From: a virus
Lineage: Duplodnaviria; Caudoviricetes
Virus record (IMG/VR): IMGVR_UViG_3300037755_000375
Coordinates: 1-40,776 of that record
Direction: 5' to 3' (one strand)
DNA length: 40,776 bases
Part shown: one piece after another, positions 26,761 through 35,128 of the stretch
Position numbering within the stretch: the stretch's first letter is position 1
How the letters are laid out: the number at the start of each line of letters is the position of its first letter
Translations under genes and position numbers: made by a program
Notes under the pieces: model-generated
The model's input: only the letters and a program-made list of their open reading frames with translations
What the model was told of the DNA's origin: nothing
The model's database searches: none

Positions 26761-26806
26761 CGCCCGACTGGCGGAGACCGGGGTCCGATTCCCCGGCGGG
26801 CGCCCA
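26761..26806 (+). ncRNA. tRNA mini-helix-like element (acceptor + T arm + CCA)
   Basis: CGCCCG-ACTGGCGGAGA-CCGGGG-TCCGATT-CCCCGG-CGGGCG-C-CCA, intergenic. Confidence 0.5.
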
Positions 26807-26881
26807 GCAGAGACAGCACTCTCGCGCGCGCGCCCCTGCGGCGAGTGCATCTACCACGGGGCACCATCGGAGACAGATCAC

Positions 26882-27280
26882 ATGTCGGACGCAAAAAAGC
26901 GGACCATCACCCTCACCGGCCGCGCGCCGGTCACCATCAGTGAGGAGTCGTGGCCGATCATCGCCGCCGGCCGCGCGGACTGGCACGACGGACAGGTCGA
27001 GTACCAGGCGAATCAGAGGACTGCCGTGCGGGTCCTCGTGAGGCAGCACGCCGACGGGCGCGCGATCGTGTACGGGACGTACTCGTACTCGTCGGCGTTC
27101 GAGGATCAGCGCGGTCGCGGCGCCCGGGCCGGCGTCCTGCTGACTGCTGGGGCTGATCTCGCGGACGCTATATCGGGAGTCGCGGCCTCCCTGACCGCTG
27201 ACGCTGGCGACGACGCGGCGTACGTCCGAGAGGCTGAGCTGGAGGCCATCGCGGACCTCCCCGCCGAGGTCCTAGAGTAG
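26882..27280 (+). CDS. Hypothetical phage protein
   Basis: ATG 26882 (MSDAKKRTITLTGRAPV) with GGAG upstream. Confidence 0.75.
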   Translation: MSDAKKRTITLTGRAPVTISEESWPIIAAGRADWHDGQVEYQANQRTAVRVLVRQHADGRAIVYGTYSYSSAFEDQRGRGARAGVLLTAGADLADAISGVAASLTADAGDDAAYVREAELEAIADLPAEVLE

Positions 27281-27350
27281 TATCTACCCCCCGACCTGAG
27301 CCACGCGAGTCCACCACCACCGCCCGCCCGCCCGCGGGCACAGGAGCGCG

Positions 27351-27554
27351 ATGTACATCACCCTCACCGACGCCGCCCGAAAGTGCGGCATCACCCGCGC
27401 GGCAGTGTCTCAGGCCGCGCGCAGCAAGAGCCTGCGTAGCTCGGTGGTCGCGGGAAGGCGCGTCACCACGGCCGCGTGGGTAGACGACTGGCGCGCGGCC
27501 ATCGCGCGCGGCGACCGCGCCAACGGGCACGCACACGCGCGCACACGCAAGTGA
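27351..27554 (+). CDS. HTH DNA-binding protein
   Basis: YITLTDAARKCGITRAAVSQAA; AGGAG RBS. Confidence 0.8.
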   Translation: MYITLTDAARKCGITRAAVSQAARSKSLRSSVVAGRRVTTAAWVDDWRAAIARGDRANGHAHARTRK

Positions 27555-27565
27555 GGCGCGGCGCT

Positions 27566-27724
27566 GTGACGCCCTCGCCCTCGCTCACGATCGCGGAGAT
27601 CGAGGCCGCGCTGATGGAGACTCCACGCGATGCGGCGCTCGTCACCGTCGCGTGGGTGATCGAGAGGCTGCGCGCGGCGGTGACTCGCCGCGAAACACGA
27701 CCGGACCCGACTGAGCCGATCTAG
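27566..27724 (+). CDS. Small hypothetical protein
   Basis: GTG after GAGG; amphipathic helices. Confidence 0.5.
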   Translation: MTPSPSLTIAEIEAALMETPRDAALVTVAWVIERLRAAVTRRETRPDPTEPI

Positions 27725-28112
27725 CACCCACCCCCCGCGCTCCGCACGCCATACCCGGCGTGCGGGGCATCAGACCCGCGCGGTACACGCCCCGAGCCGC
27801 GCGGGTGACCTAGGGGCACACCACGAGACAGGACAGACCCATGCGTATCCGCCGCGAGCGCCTGATCGCCCACGCCAACGCCTGTCGCGCGCGACCGATC
27901 AGGACGCGCGGGGGGACGTGGACGAGACCGGCGTTACCCGTTCCGCGCGGGTTGTCTCGCCGCCTCATGGGATCGCAGGACCGATCCCATGAGGCGGCGA
28001 ACCGCGCGGTGCATCACCACCCGACGCGCGACCGTTACGCCGTCTCACGCGCCCGCGTGCAGACCGGCAGACGTCCCGTCGTGCCCGGTGGACAGCCCGA
28101 GAGACTGAGGCG

Positions 28113-28388
28113 ATGAGCCACACACCCGCCCCCGGACCACTCGTGATCGCCGTGCTGCAGCGAGGATTCGTGTACGTGGGCCGCCGACGCGTCACGCCGC
28201 AGGGGATGATCCATCTATCTCCCGCGCGCTGCATCCGCACCTGGGGCACGCGCGGCGTCGGACTGATGGGCCTGCAGAGCGGGCCGCTCGCCGAGACCGT
28301 CCTCGAGACGGTCGGCGAGATCGTCTATCACCCGCTCGGCGAGGTCTTCCACATCCCGGCGACGGGTGAGTGGGGGCTCGATGGATAG
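28113..28388 (+). CDS. Conserved phage protein of the type found upstream of Gly-rich repeat genes (DUF6948-like)
   Basis: VIAVLQRGFVYVG...ARCIRTWGT...GLQSGP. Confidence 0.7.
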   Translation: MSHTPAPGPLVIAVLQRGFVYVGRRRVTPQGMIHLSPARCIRTWGTRGVGLMGLQSGPLAETVLETVGEIVYHPLGEVFHIPATGEWGLDG

Positions 28389-28734
28389 CCGCGACACCCT
28401 GCGCGTCGCGATGGCGTGCGGATCGCGCGACGCCTCGGCTGTCCTCGCTGACCTCGCCGCCGAGGGCGGACTCGCCGCCGCGAGCGCGGAGGCCGCGCTC
28501 GCGCTCGCGGAATCGACACCCGACTCCGACTCCGGCTACGGCTACGGCTACGGCTACGGCGACGGCGACGGCTACGGCTACGGCGACGGCTACGGCGACG
28601 GCAACGGCAACGGCTACGGCTACGGCTACGGCGACGGCTACGGCTACGGCGACGGCGACGGCAACGGCTACGGCGACGGCAACGGCTACGGCAACGGCGA
28701 CGGCTACGGCAACGGCAACGGCGGTGCCAGATGA
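28381..28734 (+). CDS. Gly-(Tyr/Asp/Asn) repeat protein
   Basis: About 31 GGC-[T/G/A]AC hexamers at 28534-28722. Confidence 0.75.
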   Translation: MDSRDTLRVAMACGSRDASAVLADLAAEGGLAAASAEAALALAESTPDSDSGYGYGYGYGDGDGYGYGDGYGDGNGNGYGYGYGDGYGYGDGDGNGYGDGNGYGNGDGYGNGNGGAR

Positions 28735-29057
28735 GCGCCGACACACCCGCCACCACTCCCGCACCCGCGAGCCGGGTCGAGCTGCTGCTCGCGGAGATCC
28801 GCGACGCGATTAGCTCGCCCGTGCGCCGACCGCCGCGCCTGCTGAGCGCCGAGGAGGCCCGCGCGTACCTACACGTGGGCGCCTACGTCTGGCGGGGGAT
28901 CGTCGATCGGGGCGAGGTCCCCGAGGTGCGCCCGATCCCCGCCCACGCGATGCCCTACGGCGAGGGCGAGCAGCGCACCGCTCCGGGCACGGTGCGGTAC
29001 GACATCCGCGACCTCGACGCCTGGATCGACTCGCACAAGCGCGCAAGGGGGGCCTGA
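28731..29057 (+). CDS. Excisionase-like HTH_17 protein
   Basis: RLLSAEEARAYLHV...VRYDIRDLDAWI. Confidence 0.8.
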   Translation: MSADTPATTPAPASRVELLLAEIRDAISSPVRRPPRLLSAEEARAYLHVGAYVWRGIVDRGEVPEVRPIPAHAMPYGEGEQRTAPGTVRYDIRDLDAWIDSHKRARGA

Positions 29058-29704
29058 TGGACGCGAGCGATCGCCACCGCCTGAATGCCGACCTCGCCGA
29101 CCGAACCATCGCCCTCGGGATCGACCCTGGCACGCGGCGGCTCGGCTGGGCGGTTGTGAGCTGGGGCCCGCTCTGCGGCTACGGCCCGATCGACGACGGC
29201 GTGCTCACGCTGTCCGGCCCGATGGGCGACCGGTTGCGCGCCGTCCGCGAGCTGATCGCCAGCCTGATCGAGACGCGGAAGCCACACGAGGTGGCGCTGG
29301 AGCGGATGTTCCACCACCCCAAGCGGGGCGCCCACGCGACGCTGGCGCTGGGCAAGGTCACCGGGGTGATCCAGGAGGTCTGCGCGAGCCTGGACGCCTA
29401 CCAGGGCCAGTACCCGGGCCGTGAGGGAACGCCGGTCGTCCAGATGGCGCCGATGGAGTGGCGGCGGGCGGTCACGGGATCGGGGGCCAGCTCGCACGCC
29501 GAGACCGACCGCATCACCCGGCTCCAGATTGCGTCCGCTGCCTCCCCGCTGCGTCCGAGGGGCGGACTGGACCACGAACGGGTAGACGCCCGCGGGATCG
29601 CGCTGGCGGGGCTGTGGCGCGTTTGCGGGACGGTGTCGCAAGCGGAGATCGCGGCTGCGAAGCGCGGGAACCCGCGCCATCACGCGAGGGCCGCGCCCCC
29701 TTGA
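29057..29704 (+). CDS. ruvC: RuvC-like Holliday junction resolvase
   Basis: IALGIDPGTRRLGWAVV, EVALERMF, EWRRAVTGSG, DHERVDARGIALA. Confidence 0.9.
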   Translation: MDASDRHRLNADLADRTIALGIDPGTRRLGWAVVSWGPLCGYGPIDDGVLTLSGPMGDRLRAVRELIASLIETRKPHEVALERMFHHPKRGAHATLALGKVTGVIQEVCASLDAYQGQYPGREGTPVVQMAPMEWRRAVTGSGASSHAETDRITRLQIASAASPLRPRGGLDHERVDARGIALAGLWRVCGTVSQAEIAAAKRGNPRHHARAAPP

Positions 29705-29727
29705 CGCGCCGCGACAGTGACCGTGTC

Positions 29728-29803
29728 TGTGGGGTGGAGCAGATGGTAGCTCACCGGTATCATAAGCCGGAGGCCGCAGGTTCGATCCCTGCCCCCGCAA
29801 CCA
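29728..29803 (+). tRNA. tRNA-Met(CAT), initiator-like scaffold with atypical features
   Basis: Full cloverleaf: TGTGGGG/CCCCGCA, GAGC/GCTC, CCGGT-ATCATAA-GCCGG, GCAGG-TTCGATC-CCTGC, encoded ACCA. Confidence 0.9.
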
Positions 29804-29916
29804 ACGAGGCGCGCCGGATCGTCCCCGGCCATGAATGCGCCGATCGCAAGGGCGAAAGCCCTGCGGGCCTGCTCCGGAGGACGACCGGGGCGGGCCCGCC
29901 TTGTTTCGGTGCTCGC

Positions 29917-30135
29917 ATGACCACCCTCGACGACGAGATCCGGATCCGGGAGGCGGTACGCACCGTGCACCTGCGGCGCGCGGCGGTCGTCACGGTCCCG
30001 CTCGCAGACTCCCTCTGCGACCGCTGCGACGAACCGGCCTCGGATGCCCGCGTGGAGCACGCGCCCAGGTCCACCCCCATCGTCGTCCGGCTCTGCGTGC
30101 CGTGCGCGGCACCGGCGCGGGAGGTATCCGCGTGA
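29917..30135 (+). CDS. Small zinc-finger protein
   Basis: CDRC...LCVPC; GTGA coupling to next gene. Confidence 0.6.
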   Translation: MTTLDDEIRIREAVRTVHLRRAAVVTVPLADSLCDRCDEPASDARVEHAPRSTPIVVRLCVPCAAPAREVSA

Positions 30136-31409
30136 CCGATCTGCGCTTCCCCTATTGGTGTCCCGCGGGGAGCGTCAAACGCCGCCTAATCGGCTCCATC
30201 CTGCGCGCCCAGGACCGCGACGGCTACTGCGACTGGACTGCCGCCTCGTGGGCCGCCGAGTACCGCACCACCGCCCGAACGATCGAGCGCCACCTGCACG
30301 ACCTAGCGGCGGCCGGGATTGTCAGAAACATCGCCCCGAGGGGGGCCCGGCCGGCTCGTCAGATCGACCTCGAAAACCTCCGACAAACCTCCGACGCCGG
30401 TTCCGACAAACCTCCGACAAACAACCTCCGACAAACCTCCGACAAACCTCCGACACCCCTGTCGGAACCGGCGTCGGAACCGGCGTCGGAACCGGCGTCG
30501 GAACCGGCGTCGGATGTCACACATGGATTGATCGCGCCCGCGTTAACCCAACCCAACCCAACCCAACAAGCCACACCCCCAACCCCAACCCCCAACGCGG
30601 AGCCAGACCCCGGCGCCGACCTGGTGGGTGGGGATGGGGATGGGGCTATGGATTTCCCCCCCCAGGACCCCGACCCGGAGACCGGCATGGGCCAGCTCAC
30701 GATTCCCGCCGACCCGGCCCCGGAGCCCGACGACGACCGCGACGGCTGGGAGCCCGGCCAGCCGCCCCGCAAGCCGCTGCCTACGCCGGAGCCCGACACC
30801 GCGCCGCACGCCGAGCTCTGGCTCGCCGCCTGGGAGCGCGCCTGGCACGCCAAGGCCGGCACGCCGCACCGCCGCCGACAGCTCCGCGCCCGCCTCGCCG
30901 AGGCCCCGCACGGCCGCGCCGGAGCCGCGCTGCTGCACGATCCGGCCGGGCTCAAGCACCCCGACAAGCTGCTCCTGGACATGCTCGGCGGCAGCGTGCC
31001 GCCCGAGCTCTCGGCCGCAGCGCGGGCGCAGCTCCAGCGCTGGCTGGCGATCTCGCGACAAGGGCGCCGCGACGTGCCGCCGACCGACGCCCGGGCGATC
31101 GAGGCTTGGCACCGCGACGAGGCCGAGCGCCGCGCCGCCGCCGAGCCTGCGTCCACGCCCGCGCCAGACGAGCCGCCCGCCCGTCTGGCCGCGGTGGTCT
31201 GCGCGATCGCGGCGCAGCGGGGCCTCGGCTACACGCGTCCGCCGGACGTGACCGCCGCCGAGCTCGCCGCCGAGCTGGAGGCGCTGCTGACGTCTGGCCA
31301 GGTCGACGGGTTGACCCGCGATCACGTCGCGCGCTGGCTCCAGCGCACGGCGCTGGACCCGACCAGCGCTGACGCGATGACCGAGACCAACGCCACGGTG
31401 CCGCGGTGA
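30132..31409 (+). CDS. Replication initiator-like protein (N-terminal HTH, internal iterons)
   Basis: WTAASWAAEYRTTARTIERHLHDLAAAGIV wHTH; lambda-O-like layout; GGAGGT RBS before GTG 30132. Confidence 0.7.
   Translation: MTDLRFPYWCPAGSVKRRLIGSILRAQDRDGYCDWTAASWAAEYRTTARTIERHLHDLAAAGIVRNIAPRGARPARQIDLENLRQTSDAGSDKPPTNNLRQTSDKPPTPLSEPASEPASEPASEPASDVTHGLIAPALTQPNPTQQATPPTPTPNAEPDPGADLVGGDGDGAMDFPPQDPDPETGMGQLTIPADPAPEPDDDRDGWEPGQPPRKPLPTPEPDTAPHAELWLAAWERAWHAKAGTPHRRRQLRARLAEAPHGRAGAALLHDPAGLKHPDKLLLDMLGGSVPPELSAAARAQLQRWLAISRQGRRDVPPTDARAIEAWHRDEAERRAAAEPASTPAPDEPPARLAAVVCAIAAQRGLGYTRPPDVTAAELAAELEALLTSGQVDGLTRDHVARWLQRTALDPTSADAMTETNATVPR
30374..30514. repeat. Iteron array / putative replication origin
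   Basis: 7 TCCGAC cores (AAACCTCCGAC) facing 5 GTCGGA cores (GTCGGAACCGGC x4). Confidence 0.75.
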
Positions 31410-31541
31410 ACCAGCCCTGCATCGCGCACGGCGCGCACGGGCCATGCCCCGCCGAGCCGCCGCGCCTCGCCCCGTGCCCGGCCTGCGGCAAGCCGCGAAA
31501 CACGAGCGATTTGATCTGCTATGCCTGCGGCTGGGTTGCGC

Positions 31542-31856
31542 CTACCGCTTCGTCTTCGCCGCCCGCGCCAGCGCGGCCGTGAGGGCGGGGATCGGCCCGG
31601 CGGTGGTCTCGATTTGCGCCAGCACGTCGCGCAGGCCCTCGGTGCCCAGCGCCTCGGACAGCGCCAGCACCAGCAGGTCGCACTCGGTCTGTGTCGCACC
31701 CTTGCTGCGACCCGGACGCAGCGAGTCGGCCAGCGCCAGCATCCGGTCCTGCAGGTCGTGATACGGCGCCACCGGGCGGTACTGACGGAGCTTCGCGTTG
31801 TGCTTGCCGGTGGGCATCGGGTCGGTCGCGGCGGGGGCGGGTCGGGTGCGTGACAT
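31542..31856 (-). CDS. Putative repressor/regulator (104 aa), divergently transcribed
   Basis: Lone leftward gene beside tandem palindromic operators; no canonical HTH recognised. Confidence 0.5.
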   Translation of the reverse strand: MSRTRPAPAATDPMPTGKHNAKLRQYRPVAPYHDLQDRMLALADSLRPGRSKGATQTECDLLVLALSEALGTEGLRDVLAQIETTAGPIPALTAALARAAKTKR

Positions 31857-31875
31857 CGTGACCGTGGATTGGTGG

Positions 31876-31937
31876 TTGACAATCTCCGTCCGGGTGGTAT
31901 ACCACCCGTAGCTCGGGTAGTGTACCACCCGCGTCAA
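31876..31937. promoter_or_regulatory. Divergent switch: promoter plus two 18-bp palindromic operators
   Basis: TTGACA 31876-31881, N16, TATACC; CGGGTGGTATACCACCCG 31891-31908; CGGGTAGTGTACCACCCG 31914-31931; TTGACG on minus strand 31937-31932. Confidence 0.75.
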
Positions 31938-31994
31938 GTCCACCCGACCGGCCCCGGCGCGGTGGACTCAGGCAGGGGCTGCGAGGTCTAGACG

Positions 31995-32534
31995 ATGGAC
32001 ACCGACACGACCAACGTTCAGCCGCCCGCGCGCCACGCGGGCGACGCGCCACCGGAGGGCAACGGGCATGACCCCGAGCCTGCAAGCGTGGCCACCCGGC
32101 CCGCGGGAGTAGACCCCCGCGCGGCCGGGGCTGACCCTCTCCAGTCCGCGCTCGCGGTGCTCCAGCCGCTCGCCGATCTCGCCCGCGCGCATCGCGAGTG
32201 CATCCGCGGCGCCGTCATGTGGCGCACGCTCCCGGGTGGGGGCGAGGTCTTCGAGGTGCGGGCGTACCGACACCTCGACGGGCGCACCGCGCCGGTGCAC
32301 GTCTCGCTGCGATCGCTGACCGTCGACCAGCTCGCCGCAGTGGTCCTGGAGGCGGGCGTCCGCATCGCCGAGTGGGAGTGCGCGGGCCGCGGCTGCGAGT
32401 GCGGTGAGCCCGCCGAGCGCGTGTGCGCCGGCTGCTGCGAGTACGCCTGCGAGGCGCACGCGGCGAGCGAGGCGTGCCTGGCTGACGCGAGCGACCCTGA
32501 CGCGCATGACGACGCACTGAATGGGAGGCGCTAA
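31995..32534 (+). CDS. Hypothetical protein with C-terminal B-box-like Cys/His cluster
   Basis: CECG...CAGCCEYACEAH; GAGGT RBS. Confidence 0.7.
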   Translation: MDTDTTNVQPPARHAGDAPPEGNGHDPEPASVATRPAGVDPRAAGADPLQSALAVLQPLADLARAHRECIRGAVMWRTLPGGGEVFEVRAYRHLDGRTAPVHVSLRSLTVDQLAAVVLEAGVRIAEWECAGRGCECGEPAERVCAGCCEYACEAHAASEACLADASDPDAHDDALNGRR

Positions 32535-33739
32535 TGAGCACCAAGCCTCGCGCGCTGAAGCGCGCCGACGTGGAGCGCATGTACGGCGTCGCGATTCGCG
32601 ACGCGCGCGAGATGGCCCGCGACAGCCGAGGACGCGCACGCGAGCGGGCCTGCCTGATCGCCGAGCGCGGCGAGCCGCTGCGGGAGATCGCCCGCGCGAC
32701 CACGCTAACGACGCTGCGCGACGCGCTGGCGAGCACCCGCGCGGAAACAAAGGAGACCCCATGCGATACGACGACAAGTGCGAGCGATGTGGGTGCGATC
32801 GGATCGACCATCCCGCCCACGGAGCCAGATGCTCCGGCTGCTGGTTCCGTGACGGCCATTGCACCGGCTTCATCGAGCCCGAGCCCAAGCCAGCCGGAGA
32901 GCCAGGACGACCCGCCGGTCGGTAGCCGCGTCCGGTACTCGAAGTCGGGCATCGCGATGTACATGCGCTGCGGTGAGCAGTATCGCCGCCGCTACCTGCT
33001 GGGCGAGCGCCGCCCGCCAGGCGTCGCGGCCAAGGTGGGGCACGGTGTCCATCGCGGCGTCGAGATGGACCTCCGCGCCAAACTCGCCACCGCCACGTTG
33101 CTCTCTCTCGATGAGCACGCGGCCATCACCCGCGACGCCGTCGTGAAGTCATGGGCCGAGGAGGCGCCCGACCTCGCCGCTCTCGACCCCGAGGAGCGTG
33201 CCCGCGGGACCGCGGCCCTCCAGGGTGACGCGATCGACAAGGCGATCCGCCTCGGCGCCGCGCACCACAGCGTCCTCGCCCCCACGATCTACCCCGTGGC
33301 GCTCGAAGAGCACTACGTCGCCGAGCTCGCCGGCATGGGTCTGGACTTCGACCTTCACGGCATCGTGGACATCGAGGAAGCGCACGGCCTGCGCGACACG
33401 AAGACCTCGGGCAAGTCGCCTGTCGCGAACGCGGCCGACGAGTCGATCGAGCTGACGCACTACGCCGTGCTGAAGCGCGCGGTCGACGGTCGCACGCCGG
33501 ATCGCGTCAGCCTCGACACGCTGGTTGCCCTGAAGAGCGGCCCCAAGGTCGTGACTTCGGAGTCGAGGCGGCGCGACACCGACATCCGTAGCTACCTGTC
33601 CCGCGTGCAGGTGATCCACGAGGCGATCCAGCGCGGCGTGTTTGTTCCGGCCGACCCCCAGCACTGGGCGTGCTCGGCCAAGTTCTGCGGCTATTTCGAG
33701 GACTGCCCGTTCGGACGGGCTGGGAGGGTTCAGGCATGA
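32534..33739 (+). CDS. PD-(D/E)XK (Cas4/RecB-like) exonuclease with N-terminal extension
   Basis: YSKSGIAMYMRCGEQY, GHGVH, HGIVD, DTKTS, C-terminal CSAKFCGYFEDC. Confidence 0.85.
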   Translation: MSTKPRALKRADVERMYGVAIRDAREMARDSRGRARERACLIAERGEPLREIARATTLTTLRDALASTRAETKETPCDTTTSASDVGAIGSTIPPTEPDAPAAGSVTAIAPASSSPSPSQPESQDDPPVGSRVRYSKSGIAMYMRCGEQYRRRYLLGERRPPGVAAKVGHGVHRGVEMDLRAKLATATLLSLDEHAAITRDAVVKSWAEEAPDLAALDPEERARGTAALQGDAIDKAIRLGAAHHSVLAPTIYPVALEEHYVAELAGMGLDFDLHGIVDIEEAHGLRDTKTSGKSPVANAADESIELTHYAVLKRAVDGRTPDRVSLDTLVALKSGPKVVTSESRRRDTDIRSYLSRVQVIHEAIQRGVFVPADPQHWACSAKFCGYFEDCPFGRAGRVQA

Positions 33740-35058
33740 CCGCCACCGACATTCACGGCAGCCCCGATGTGCTCGACAACGGTGCCGAGCTGGTGACCAC
33801 CACCACTGCGGAGATCAATCAGGCGATCGCGACCGCGCGGCGATTCCCGCGCAACGTCGACCGCTCGCTGAAAAAGGCGGTCGCCCTCGCGACGTACAAC
33901 GCCGAGATCGCCGAGCAGTGCATGTACGCGATCCCGCGCGCCGGGAAGACCATCACCGGTCCGAGCGTGCGCCTCGCCGAGATCATGGCCACGACGTGGG
34001 GGAACCTCCTCGCGGGCTTCCGCAAGGTGGGCGAGCACGACGACCACGTCGTGATCGAGGCGGTGTGTCATGACCTGGAGTCCAACACGATGATCCGCGT
34101 CGAGACGACCCGGCGCGTGACCAAGAAACGCGGCGCCGACAAGCCCGACCGCGACCAGGTGGAGCTTGCTGTCGCCTCGGGCGGATCGATCGCCCTGCGC
34201 AACGCGATCTTCCGTGTCGTGCCGGGCGCCTACGTGGACGACGTCATGCAGGCGGCGCGCCGAGTGGCGATCGGCGACGCGAAGTCGCTGTCGGCGAAGC
34301 GGCAGGAGCTGCTGGACCGGCTCGTCAAGGCGTACGGCACGCTGGGGCTCACACTAGACAGGGTCTACGCGCGCGTGGGGCAGACCGGGCCAGACGGGAT
34401 CGGGCTGGAAGAGTTGGAGACGCTGAAGGCGCTGGGCAACACCGTCCGTGAGGGTGGGATGGATCTCGACACGGCATTCCCGAAGATCGAAGCGCCGTCC
34501 GACCCGAACGGCGCTGGCCCCAGCGCAGCAGCCGCCGGAGCCGCGACGCACAAGGCCGCTGCGAAGAATGGCGCCGGGACGAAGTCGGCGCCGCTCGACC
34601 TCGACGCCGCGAAGGGGCGCAAGGCGGAGCCGTCCGAGAAGCCTGGCAGCAAGCCGGGAGAGGCAGGTGTCGCCCGCGAGGGCGACAGCGGGGAAGCGAC
34701 CACCGCAGAGTCCCCCGCCGTTGGACCCAAGGCTGCTGGCCCCGCAGTGGCGGACGCCGAGCCGATCTGGTACGGCGACCGCGAGGTCAAGGGCCTCGAC
34801 GACTGCGGGCCCATCATCGTCGACGCGAAGAACGTCCTGCGTGAGCTCGGCCGCGACGCCGATCGCGAGTGGGGCGAGCGGTATCAGATGTCGCTCACGC
34901 TCGACGCCATCCGCGTCAACGTCGGCAAGGGCAAGTTGTGGGAGCGCGGCCGCGACGCCGCGCTCGCCCTCATCGCGCTCGTGCAGGAGGCCGAGTCGGC
35001 CACCCCCGTCGCCACCCCCGTCGCCACCCCCGTCGCCACCACCGACGCGGGCTTCTAG
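33736..35058 (+). CDS. Putative recombination/ssDNA-annealing protein
   Basis: ATARRFPR...YAIPRAGKTITGPSVRLAE...WGN motif; ATGA-coupled to the exonuclease, as in exo-SSAP pairs. Confidence 0.55.
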   Translation: MTATDIHGSPDVLDNGAELVTTTTAEINQAIATARRFPRNVDRSLKKAVALATYNAEIAEQCMYAIPRAGKTITGPSVRLAEIMATTWGNLLAGFRKVGEHDDHVVIEAVCHDLESNTMIRVETTRRVTKKRGADKPDRDQVELAVASGGSIALRNAIFRVVPGAYVDDVMQAARRVAIGDAKSLSAKRQELLDRLVKAYGTLGLTLDRVYARVGQTGPDGIGLEELETLKALGNTVREGGMDLDTAFPKIEAPSDPNGAGPSAAAAGAATHKAAAKNGAGTKSAPLDLDAAKGRKAEPSEKPGSKPGEAGVAREGDSGEATTAESPAVGPKAAGPAVADAEPIWYGDREVKGLDDCGPIIVDAKNVLRELGRDADREWGERYQMSLTLDAIRVNVGKGKLWERGRDAALALIALVQEAESATPVATPVATPVATTDAGF

Positions 35059-35128
35059 GTTGCCGAGTTCCGCACCGACTAACCGTCACTCACCGAAAAC
35101 CGCCACCAACTAACCGGAGACCCGACCC

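Noticed and set aside
28534-28722. DGR-type adenine mutagenesis (AAC to TAC/GAC)
   Set aside because: No reverse transcriptase or template/variable repeat pair seen in the genome
29846-29866. cgcaagggcgaaagccctgcg as riboswitch/ribozyme
   Set aside because: Only a GNRA-capped hairpin; other conserved elements not seen
30374-30514. CRISPR array
   Set aside because: Short tandem units with no unique spacers; fits iterons. The Cas4-like nuclease has no cas neighbours
31914-31922. Operator half-site CGGGTAGTG equals the IS ends plus flanking CG
   Set aside because: Only 9 bp and partly dependent on the target duplication; probably chance
34999-35040. (GCCACCCCCGTC)x3 repeat
   Set aside because: Simple in-frame coding repeat (ATPV) at a C-terminus
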